A model generated the notes under the pieces. It searched no databases. It was not told where the DNA came from and saw only the letters and a program-made list of their open reading frames with translations. Shown piece after piece: positions 38,201-50,200 of a stretch of 64,000 nt of DNA. A program made the position numbers and the translations under genes. Location: the NCBI RefSeq assembly GCF_963921235.1, contig NC_086097.1, positions 155,374,001 to 155,438,000 on the forward strand, given 5' to 3'. The DNA is from Mobula hypostoma. Its lineage: Eukaryota. How positions within the stretch are numbered: position 1 is the stretch's first letter; every line of letters begins with the position of its first letter.

Positions 38201-41200
38201 TCATTGCATGTAATGACACTCTGAGTGAAAAGGCTTCCCCTCAGATACCTACTAAATCTATATCCTCTCCCCTGTGTCCTGCAGTTCCAGATTACTCAAC
38301 ACAGGGAAGAAGAAGCTGTGTCTGCATTCACCCGTTCTATGCCCCTCATGATTTTATACCCCTCCATAAGACTAAGACAGCTGAACAATCACGGGAGGCC
38401 AAAGGTGTCCTGTCCTGGAGGTTGGAGGTGTGTGTGTGTCTGTCTGTCTGCAAGGACATAATGAGGGAAGGGGTTTGTTTTGCTGTTGTTGTGTTACTTG
38501 GTCTATTCTGTTTTGTTGTGTTCTCTGTTGTTTTGTCTAGGATTGTGGGCACACTACTGGTATGCCGGTGCTGCAACGTGTGGGCTGGCCCAGAACATCC
38601 TTGGGTGTGTTGGTTGTGAACACAAACAATGCACTTCACTGTATATTTCGATGTGGGTGTGACAAGTAAACCTGAATCTGAATCTGGCATCACGGCCTCT
38701 CGCCACACCGTTACCGAATCCACCCATTCTCCCACCCTGTTAAATGTTTCCTTCTTCAGATTGACTTCTCATCTCGGGAGCAATCAGTAATATTTCTGCA
38801 TCATTCCGGTGTTGGTGGGCTGTGCTCCACCTTCAGTAGATCAGGCAAATGTGTCTGACAGACACTGTCCTAGGCAGAGCTCTAATGTATGTCCACAAGA
38901 CTCCCAATCGGACACAACACGGTCTTGGTGCATGGGGAGATAGCAGATGTCACAAGGTTCGCAGAAATGGTGTTCATCAGCTGGGCACTGTCTGGATTGT
39001 GCTTGTTGTTTGAATAAAGCCCACTCCGCTCCTTACCTCAGGTGAGGGCATCGTCCCAATGAAGGGCTTGTAGAGCAGCTTGTCCCCCAGGATAGATTCC
39101 ATGACCTGCACCATGACCTTCTCCTGTTCTATGCTGCAGTAGCTCCTCAACAACAGGATGAAGGGGTAAGGAGTGACCTGGAATCAAACACCACATCATG
39201 ATGGCATAGAGACCATGCTTCTGTCTACAGCAAGGCGACAATAATGAAGCACTCTGCTTCTCAGGTGACGTCCATAGAATTCCTCCTTGTTCATGGGGAC
39301 CCAGGCCTCGAGTGTGCCCACTGGTGGGAAGCAACTCTATGGTATTGGTATATTATTGTCACATGGACCAAGATACAGTGAAAGGTTTGTTTTGCATATT
39401 ACTCATACAGCTTAAATCATTACACAGTACACTGAAACAGAACAATGTATTAAAAAAATGCAGAATAAGATGAGTGATGTTGATCGAGTGAATAACCAGA
39501 GGGCAGAAATGGCTAATGCAAGGGGGACATTATTTGAAGGTGATTGGAGGAAAATACTGCATGGGGGTATGTTAGAGATAAAAATTATTTTTACACAGAG
39601 AGTTGCGAGTGCATGGAAGGCATTGCCAGGAGTGCCAAATTAACTGATTAGCTTTATTCGTCACATCGACATCACAACATCAAAATACACAGTGAAATGT
39701 GTCATTTGTATCAATATAGCATGTCCTCAACTTACCAACCTATTAACCTGTACATTGTTAGAATGTGGGAGGAAACTCAGCACCCACAGGAAATTTGTTG
39801 TTTTATTCTTGTGCCAGCTGTGTCGTGTCAAGATGGTGCCAGCGTACAACACTCACTCAGTCAACATCTTTCATACAACGAAACGGCTTATTTAACTTTT
39901 TTGATGCCTGTTTTTTGTTTTAAACATCTTTCTGGAACTGTTAGAGCCTTTGATTTAGTTTGGAGATTAGCTGAGAGATCTGGCACTTTGCAGCCATTGA
40001 GAATAATCTGGGGAATGAGTGTGAACTCAAGCTTGAATCTCGAGACCACAAAGTGAAGAAACTTCGAGACTGGTCACAAGCTGAAGTTCGACTACAGTTC
40101 ACTGCTGAAAGCATCCATTATTTGTTGATTAAAGCATCAAGGATGATTAAAACATCAAGGAGAATGCAGAAGGCAAGCGAGGGTTTGGGATCCTTCTGCC
40201 GGAGAAGGAGCCTGTGTGGCCGATCGCTCTGTTTTTAAGCAAACAATGACAAAGCAGTGTCTGGATTCCAGAGCTGTGAGGATTCAAAGCAATATGATTT
40301 GGTGTGTATTTCATATGTCCCTTTATCTGAAGGAACGACGTGTATGTGTTCATAGCAGCTGATACCTGGAATAGATGGAGCATCTTATGGTCAAAGCTCC
40401 ACTCATTTTCCTGCACTCTAGGGAAAAAAATTCTAACCTACTCAACATTTCTGTATTAGTCATGATATGGAGTTAAGGTGATCATTACTTGATTGGCAGT
40501 CATATTAAGTGACAGAGCAGGTTCAAGTAGCTGAGTGGTGCACTTTCTGCCTAATCTGTATACTCCTATTTAAGTTCCAATTGACACAGCCTGTGGAGTC
40601 TACATCTGCAGAGGGTTGTAGAATCATCCAGCACCATCGCGGGAACTGCCTTCCCATGATCGAGGACATCTTCAAGAGGTAGTAATCTCAATAAAATGGC
40701 ATCCATCAGTAATGGCTCTCACCCTCCAGGATGTCCCCTCTTCTCATTCCTACCGTCAGGGAGGAGGTACAGGAGCCTGTCGACCATACTTAATGATTCA
40801 AAACAGCTTCTTCCACTTCACCTTCAAATCTCTGAATAGTCCACGAACCCATGAACAACCATTTTATTTTGTACTCTTTATTTATATCATAGTTTATCAT
40901 TTTTTAATGTCTTTATACATTGTACTGCTGCTGCAAAGCACGATATTTCACAACATCAAACTTATGAGTAATGCAGTGCTTAGTTTAATGCTTTACAACA
41001 TCAGCAATCACAATTGGGGTTCAATTCTTGCTGCTGTTTGGAAAGGAGTTTTCACGTTCTCCACATGATCATGTGGGTGTCCTCCAGATGGTCCACGTTC
41101 TTTCCACATTCCCAATGTGTGCGGGTCAGGGTTTGAAGTTGTGGGCAATCTATGTTGGTGCCAGAAGAATGATTAAACCTTCAGGCTGCACCAGCATATC

Positions 41201-44200
41201 ATCGGACTGCGTTGGTCATTGTCACAAAGCATCGCATTTCACTGTATATTTCGATGTACGTGTGACAAATAAAGCTATTCTGTAATCTTTTAATTTTACT
41301 TATATTAAACTTGATTCTGATTTTATTATCCCTGGTTACAAAAGCATTATTGAATGATTGGAGTACTGCTAATACTGTATTTCTCTTTCATGAGGGATAA
41401 ATCAAGTAATGACAGTTCAGTTTGATGTTCATGGTGTACAAATTATTGGAATCAGTTCTGAGGAACATTCTAAACTTTTAATTGCAAAGGGCACTTCGTA
41501 TCCTCTTGAAATCTGAAATGGCTGCCACAAGGGGGCACAGGTTTAAAGTGCTTGGGAGTAGGTAAAGAGGAGATGTTGGGGTAAGTTTTTTTTACGCAGA
41601 GAGCGGTGAGTGCGTGGAATAGGCTGCCGGCAACGCTGGTGGAGGCAGTTACGATAGGGTCCTTTAAGAGACTTTTGGATAGGTACATGCAGCTTAGAAA
41701 AATAGAGGGCTATGGGTAACCCTAGTAATTTCTAAGGCAGGGACATGTGCAGCACAACTTTGTGGGCCGAAGGGCCTGTGTTGTGCTGTAGGTTTTCTAT
41801 GTTTCTATCTAGGGCCAGACAGTGTGGATTTGTTACAGGTAGTGTGTTGCTTTTGAGGAGATAGTAAGGTTTCTAAAGCCACTGCATTTTATGGGGTCAA
41901 TAAGGACAATGTCAAGCTCATAGTGATAGTCATAGTCATACTTTATTGATCCCGGGGGAAATTGGTTAAGATCCCGGGGGAAAGCTTCTTGACAGGGTCT
42001 TATGAGACAGGCTGTTTAGAAAGATAGGTCCAAGTGATCAGAGAGAGAAACAAAACTGGCTGAGTTACAGGCAGGCGGGATGGGTGACAGGGAGGATATT
42101 ACTTTTGGCATAATTCCATACAGGATATTAATGTATTAGAGAGGGAATGCAATGCAGATGTTTGCAGATGACACAAAAATTGGCCATGTGGTTAACACTG
42201 ACCTCAGAATCAGAATCAGGTTTATTATCACCAACATATGATGAGAAACTTGTTCTTTTGGCAGCAGTGCAGTGCAAGACCTTAAAACTTATGAGGTCAC
42301 AATAAATAAACAGAGACATACATACATAATAGATAAATGACCAGTCAGACAGAAAGAGAGATAGTGCAAAAGAGGAATAGTGAGGGGATTCAGAGTCCAT
42401 TCTGATGGCACGTGGGAGGAAACTGTTTCTTAATCACTGAATGTGTGTCATCAGACCCCTGTACATCCTCACTGATGTTAGAAATGAGAAGAGGATATGC
42501 CCTGTACGGTCAGGGTCCTTAGTAATGGATGTGGACTTCTTGAGACACTGGTTCTTGATGATGTCCTTGATGACATGGAGGCGTGTGACTGTGATAATGT
42601 GATTAAGTTTGTGAGGATGTAGACAAGACTAAGAAGAAAGCTGTCTGTAATAAGGGAACAGGCCCTGTATGCTCGGGGTCCTTAGAAATGGATGCAGTTT
42701 TCTTGACACACTGGCTCTTGCTTGTCCTTGATGGCATGGAGGTTTGTGCTTGTGATGGAACTAGCTGAATCTCAAACCCGCTGCAGCCCCTTGTGAACCT
42801 CCATACCTGACTGTGATGCTCTTCTGTCAGAATACTGTTCATGATACAGGGGATGACATACATGATCCAACCAGTTGTCAAGTGACAAATGGAATTTAAT
42901 CTGGAGTAGTATGTGGGTGAAGGTGGTGTGTGGCACACTCGTCTTCATTGGCCAAGGCAATGAAAACAAGAGTTGGGACTTGGTACCTCAATCCTACAAA
43001 ATGTTGGTTCGACCTCACTTGGAGTAGTGTGCAGTCCCATTCACCATGCGAGAGTAAGGATATGATGAAGTTTGTGAGAATGTAGAGAAGATTAATTAGA
43101 AAGCTGTCTGGAATGGAGGGCTTGAGTGACATTGAACGATGTTGGGACTGTTTTCCTTGGAGTGAAGGAGTCTGAGAGATGATGTTACAGAGGTTTATGA
43201 ACATATCAGAGGCATAGATAGGGGAGACAGTCATTCACTTTCCAGGAGAGGGCAGTCAAAACAAAGAGGGCATTGGTTTAAGATGAGAAGGAAGAATTTA
43301 AAGTGGACATGAGTGGTACGTTTCTTGCACAGAGGGTGGTGGGAAAATGGCATCTGCTGCCAGAGGAAGTGGGTGAGGTGGGTACAATTACAAACATAGG
43401 GCAAGTCGGGACATAATTTGGAAATATTTAGAGGGATATTGGCCTAATGCAGCCACATGGGATCATCTTGGTCAGGCATTTTGGTCAGTGTGAACCAGTT
43501 AGGCAGAAGGGCCTATTTCTGTGGTGTATAATGCTATGGATACAGTATGTAACCAAAGACTTATGCAAATTTCTACAGAAGTACTGTGGACAGCATTCTA
43601 ATAGGTTGCATTGCTGTCTGCAATGTAGCAGCCACCGTGCAGAATCAGAAAAAGCTGCAGAAAGTTGTAAACTCAGCCAGCTCTATCATGGGCACTAGCC
43701 TCCCAAGCATCGAGCACATCTTCAGAAGGCGATGCCTCAAAAATGCAGCATCCATCATTAAGGAACCCCATCATCCAAGACATACCCTCTTCTCTTTGCT
43801 ACTATCACTGAGAAGGTACTGGAGCCTGAAGACACATATTCAGCGTTTCCCCCTCCACCATCAGATTTCTGAATGGACAATTAACCCATGAACATTACCT
43901 CACTCTTTTTTCATATATTATATAGATTACAATTCTCATTGTAATTTATCTTTTTTATAGTGTACTGCTGCTGGAAAACAACAACTTTCATGGCAGCTGA
44001 CAGTGATATTAGCCCTGATTCTGATTCTGATTAAAATAAGGTGTAAGGTAATACATTTGGGGATGGACATGCACATTTCCCATCTGTAGAATTAATGCCA
44101 AATGTGAAAGATCGGTGACAGTCTCCTCATTACCCAGTGGCCCGACCCTCACTGTTACTTCCAAACACACCTTCCAAGTTACAGGAAAACCGAGTATACA

Positions 44201-47200
44201 ACACAAGAATGAGAAAATCTGCAAATGCTGGAAATCCAATCAACACAAAATGCTGAAGAAACTTAACAGGCCAGGCAGCATCTCCAGAAAAGAGCAAACA
44301 GTCAGAGTCGACAGAATTTCCTGGTGGCCAACCATTTCAATTCTACTTCCAATTCCCATTCCGACATGTCAATCGAAGGCTGCCTCTAATGCCGCACTCA
44401 GGCTGGAGAAGCAACACCTTATATTCCATCTGGGTAACCTCCAACCTGATGGCCTGAATGTATATTTCTCGAGCTTCCGGTCATTGCTCCACTCCACCTT
44501 CACAATTCCCGCGTTCCCTTTTCCCTCCCTCACCTGATTTCCTTACTTCTACGTCACCATCCTCTGGTGCTCCTCCCCCTTCCCTTTCTTCCACAGTCCT
44601 CTATCCTCCACAGTCAGATTTCCCCTTCTCCAGCCTTTTGTCTCTTTCACCCATCTGCTTCCCAGCTTCTTACTTCATCTCTGCACCTCTCCCAGTTTCA
44701 TCCATCACCTCCCACCTTGTACTTCCTCCCCTCCCCCCACCACCTTACTTTCACTTCTCATCTTTTCTCTCCCAGTACTGATGTAAGGTCTCGGGCTGAA
44801 ACGTTCACTATTTACTCCTTTCCATGATGCTGCCGAGCCTGATGCGTTCCTCCAGCATCTTGTTTGTGTTTCTACAACACAAGCTTTGCATGGAGCATGT
44901 CAGCTTACCGTAAAGGCATAATTATTTATGACTTCCATGACGTCCCGTAAGAGGACTTCTGAGGTGAGGGCGAAGCCGTGATAAATAACAGGCTCACCGT
45001 TCCGTCCATTCCAGCATTCCAGTTCCATCCAGCGGCAGCCTTTATTCAGTTCACTGATGATGAGAGAGGATAAGACATACAATATAAATACAGTACAGGC
45101 CCTTCACCAACCTCTTAATTTACTCCAAGATCAGACTAACCCTTCCCTCTCACATAGCCCTCCAATTTTATTTCATTCATGTGCCTATCTAAGAGTGACT
45201 TAAATGTTGCTAATGTATCTGCCTCTGCACAATGCCTGGAAGTCATTCTGACATTTCCCCCGCCACGACCTGTACTTTCCTCCAATGACCTTAAAATTGT
45301 GACCCGTCATATTTATGCCCTGGGAAAAGTCTCTGGTTGACCACTCTATCTGTGCCGCTTATCAGGGTCCCAGAACAGAGATCCCTGCAGAACATCATCG
45401 GTCACTGATCTCCAAGCAGTTTATGATCCAACTACGACCAGCCTCTGTGTTTTTTGGGCAATCCAATGCTGAATCCAAAAAGCCAAATGTCCCTGGATCC
45501 CATGCCTCTTGACCTTCTGAGTCCACCATGGGGAACTTCATCAAACCGAATAAACTTTGCAATGGCACAGTTAAAGAGTTATACTGTGCAGAAACAGGCC
45601 ATTTGGTCCAAACGGTCCACGTTAGTCAACATTGCAATCTGACCTCGTCTCATTTGCCATCGTTTGATCCATATCCCCATAAATCTTTCCTATCTGTGAG
45701 TCTTTAAATGTGGTTAATGTCCTGTGTCTACTTCAAACACTTCCTTTGGCAGCTTGTTCCATATACTGATAACTCTCTTTGAGAAAGTTTTGCCCCTTGG
45801 GTTCAAATGAAGTTTCTGGCCCCTCACCTTAAAACTATGTCCTCGAGTTCTTGATTTCTCAACCCTAGAGAAAAGACTGTGTGCATTCACCCTAACTGCA
45901 CTCTTCGTGATTTTACACATTTCGGCAGAATCACCCTTCAGTTTCCTGTGTTCCAAGGAAAAAAGCCCCAGCTTGTCCAACCTATAACTCAGGCTCTTGA
46001 GTCCAGAAAACATCGTTGTGAATCTCCTCTGCATTCTTTCCAATTTAATTTATCTCTTAATATTGTTTTACATGCTGTATGTAATATGTGTACTGTGTTT
46101 TGCACCTTGGTTCCAGAGGAACATTGTTTAATTTATCTAATCTGTGTGCATGATTGAATGAAAGTAAAACTGAACTTGCAGTTAAGCCCAAACTTTCAGG
46201 TAACCATGTATTTCTACTCCAAGGTCTTTCTGTTCTATAATACTCTCCAGGGTCCTGCCATCAACTGTAAAGGTACGATTATGGTTTGACTTCACAAGAA
46301 AGCAGTATCTTGCATTCATCTGAATTAAACTCCATTTGCCATTCCTCAGACTACATTCCCAGCTGATTAAGATCCCTTTGTAAATCCTGATAATCATTTT
46401 CACTGTCTATGATACCAGTAATCTTGGCAATGACCATAGCCACAGGATTTTCACTATGCCAGGCCCGCAATGATCATACACCATAAAGCAGTCAGACCTT
46501 AAGATATAGGAGCAGAATTAAGCCGGTTATTTCATTAAGTCTGCTCCATCATTCCATCATGGCTGATTTATTAACCCTCTCAATTTCATTCGGTTGCCTT
46601 CTTCCTGAAATCTTTGATATCCATATTAATCAAGAATCTGTCAACCTCCACTGTAAATGTGCTGAATGATTTGGCCTCCACAGCTGTCTGTGGCAATGAA
46701 CTCTACAGATTCACCAATCCCAGCTGAAGAAATTCCTCCTCATCTCTGTTCTAAAGAGATACCTTTCCATTCTTGGGCTCTTGCCACTGGTCCTAAACTC
46801 TCGCACTGTAGGAAATATCCTCTACACATTCACTCTCTCCAGATTATTCAAGATCCAGTCAGTTCAATGAGATTGACCTCCACCCTACTTCCCTCTTATC
46901 CTTCTCAATCCCATCAAGTACAGTCTGAGAGACATCAAACGATTCTCATACTTTAGGACTTTTGTCTTGGGATCGTTCCGGCAAATCTCCTCTGTACCAG
47001 GACATCTTTCTTTGGGAATGGAGCCTAAAAGCGCAAGGAATTTGTATGTTTTCCCCATGGCTGCATGGGTTCCTCCTGACACACCGGTTTCCTCCCACAG
47101 TCCCAAGACAAACCATTATTAGGATAATTGGTCATTGTAAATTGTCCTGGTGATTAGGTGACTGTTTACTAGATGGGTAGTTGGACAGCGTGACTCGTTG

Positions 47201-50200
47201 GGCCAGTAGGGCCTGTTCCGAGCTGTATCTCAAAATAAAACAAAAAAAATACAATTGCTCGCAATATCCCAAATGAGATCTGACCAACACTTCACAAAGA
47301 CTCAGCTGTACATCCTTGCCTTTATTTTCCAGTCCTCTTGAAATGTACTAAGACCTTTTCTGTAGCTCTCTTGAGAAATCCTAGGCTGCATTTTTCATCT
47401 CCCACCCTTTCGCATCAGCTAAACACAGACTTAAAAAAAAACCTTTGCTGCCCATTTAATCCCAAGCCCCCTTCTGCAATATGGTGCCAGTACCTGATGA
47501 TGGCCTCGGTGCTACTGGAATCCTCCAGCAGATTTGTGAGCAGGTGGATATTGTGAGAGGAAGAAATGTAATATTGATCGAGTGGCTTTGTCATGTCTTG
47601 GTAAACCTTGTCATGTTCTTGGTTGAAAATGTCCCCTCTCGGTGACATCAGGAAGAACAGAAATCCATCCTTGGTCATGAAGAAATGACGCTTCGCTAAC
47701 AAAAGAACACACTGCTATTAATGCCATTCATGTATTACCCACACTGTAATTAGGGTTATGATTTCTTAAGATTAGCTTTATTTTTCACATGTATATCGAA
47801 ATATGTACATGTGGTGAAATGTGTTATTTTCAGTTAATGACCAGCATAATCTGAGAATGTGCTGAGGGCAGCCCAGAAGTTTCTCCATGCTTCTGGCACC
47901 AACAAAGCATGCTCATAACTTACTAACCCACACCCATCCGTACTTGAAATGTGCAAGGACCTGGAGAAAAAGCACGTGGGCACAGAGAAGACGTATAAAT
48001 TACAGTCAGTGATGAGGTTTGAACCTACATCGGTGATCGCTGGCACTGTAAAATGATTGCAATCCAGAAATTTGGTGTTGAAGAAAGGTAGATTCATGGA
48101 CAAGCTTTTCTTCTCCTTGGAAGGTACTGCTTTCCCATTCATCACTGAAGAACCAGACAAGAGTCTTTGACTGCAGCCTTAGAGATGTAGCTGCCATCTG
48201 GAAGACCAACAAGGAGTTTGAAGTCTGGCTTACCAATGTGAATAAATCAGGCTAAGCTGCCAGGATGTCATACTTCCCCGAATCTACTGCCCCTTGCTGG
48301 TATAAGGGAAACTCATGAAAACAGCTGAGGCTCTTGAAAAAATGACCCGTGGCTATCTTCGAAAATAGCTAGACCTCCATCGTCGCCTGAGCAGATTTGC
48401 TCTGTACAGGGAGGTGAATAAACTATAACTTCCTTTTAGCAGCCTGGACAAGGAGTTCATTGTTGCCTGCACAGGAGAATTGCTGCTGTACAGAGATTCC
48501 AGCGACCACGTCTTATCAGCAGGCACAGATGTCTGGACAGGCAGGGAATAGAAGGCCAAAGATGCAGTGAAGATGGTTGAGTCACACCTGAGGCACTGGG
48601 ATCTGGTAGGGACAGTGGTGTCCGGTCAGGCAGAGTGGGACAATTTCCCTGCAACCCTCTTCAACAGAGATCAGGGTAGGGACAGATGCAGAATGGTACA
48701 GGAAGAGTTGTGAGCAGCTATCAAAGAAGTGCATACCAACAGGGTGGTAGGTATGGGGTAACACTGAGCTGGGATATGGTGGGAGGGTGCGCTGATACGG
48801 AAGATCTCCTGGTCCAACATCTGGCAGGGAGGTCCCCTGCACGTTGTTCTTTTCCAGATTGTGTAAAAATTTCTCGCCAAGTCTCAGTCAACCTTTATGC
48901 TTGGGGCAAAAGTGAGGCAACATCATGTCTTCTCTGCCCTGGCAGAGGGACCCTGGAACACATCCTCAGCAGCTGCCAAAAAGCCTTGCGACAAGGACGC
49001 TACTGCTGGTGCCATAACCAGCAGGATTGAGAATAAATGTGATCCAAGTGACTTTGACTATTTAATGATCACTAGTGCCAGATGGGATGTTTTGAGCATT
49101 TCAGAAACTGCAGATCTCCTGCAATTTTCATGCACAACAGTTTCAGGAGTTTACAGATAATGATGTAAAACAAAGAAAACTCCAGTCAGCAGCAGTTCTG
49201 TGGGCGAAAATGCCTTGTTAATGAGAGAGGTTAGGGGAGAATGTCGAGAGTAGTTCAAGCTATCAGGAGAGGGACAGAAACGCAACTAACCATGTGTTAA
49301 AACAGCAATATGCAGAAAAACATTTCCGTATGCACAGCACATTGAATCATGAAGTGGATAGACTGCACCACACACTACTGCCCTCTACTGTGCCTATTGT
49401 CTTGTTTATTATTTATTGTAATGCCTGCACTGTTTTGTGCACTTAATGCAGTCCCGAGTAGGTCTGTAGTCTAGTGTAGTTTTTTTTGTGTTGTTTTACG
49501 TAGTTCAGTGTAGATTTTGTATTGTTTCATGTAGCACCATGGTCCTGAAAAACGTTGTCTTGTTTTTACTGTGTACTATACCAGCAGTTATGGTCAAAAT
49601 GACAATAAAAAGTGACTTGACTTGAGTACAGTAGCAGGAGACCATGAATGTACACTCTGTTGTTACTTCATTAGATACTGGAGGTATCTAATAAAGTGGC
49701 CACTTGAGTATATGTTCTGAGGTGACAGGTCATGTGATTAAACATCCCCAAAGTGTAGGCAACACAACTTCAAGGTGATGGATGTGGCTTACCTTCCTCG
49801 TTTAATTCATACATCTGGATGAGATGTGATGCATTCTCCTGTGTCACACTCTCCCTTTGTTCCTTCCATAGGAATTCCTGGAGTTTTCCCACGCTGATCA
49901 GCTGCTCCTTGTTGCAGTAGAAATCAAAGATGGTGGTGATCTCCTTGCGGTCCGTGAGCATGTGATAAAACTCTTTAATCTCCCTGCCACAGATGGTACC
50001 GTCTTTCGCCTTGTCACATTTCTGAGGGTGGAAGTAAGGACTAGAGACAGTTACGATGAAAGAACGGCCGAAATTGTATTGCTACTGAATCTGTGCTGCC
50101 TTCACCCCAGTGAAAACAGTTCACCTCATTCAACCACTTTGCCTGAGAATATTGGGCCCTTTTATAAGAAAGTGTGCACTAGCATTGGAGAGTGTCCAGA

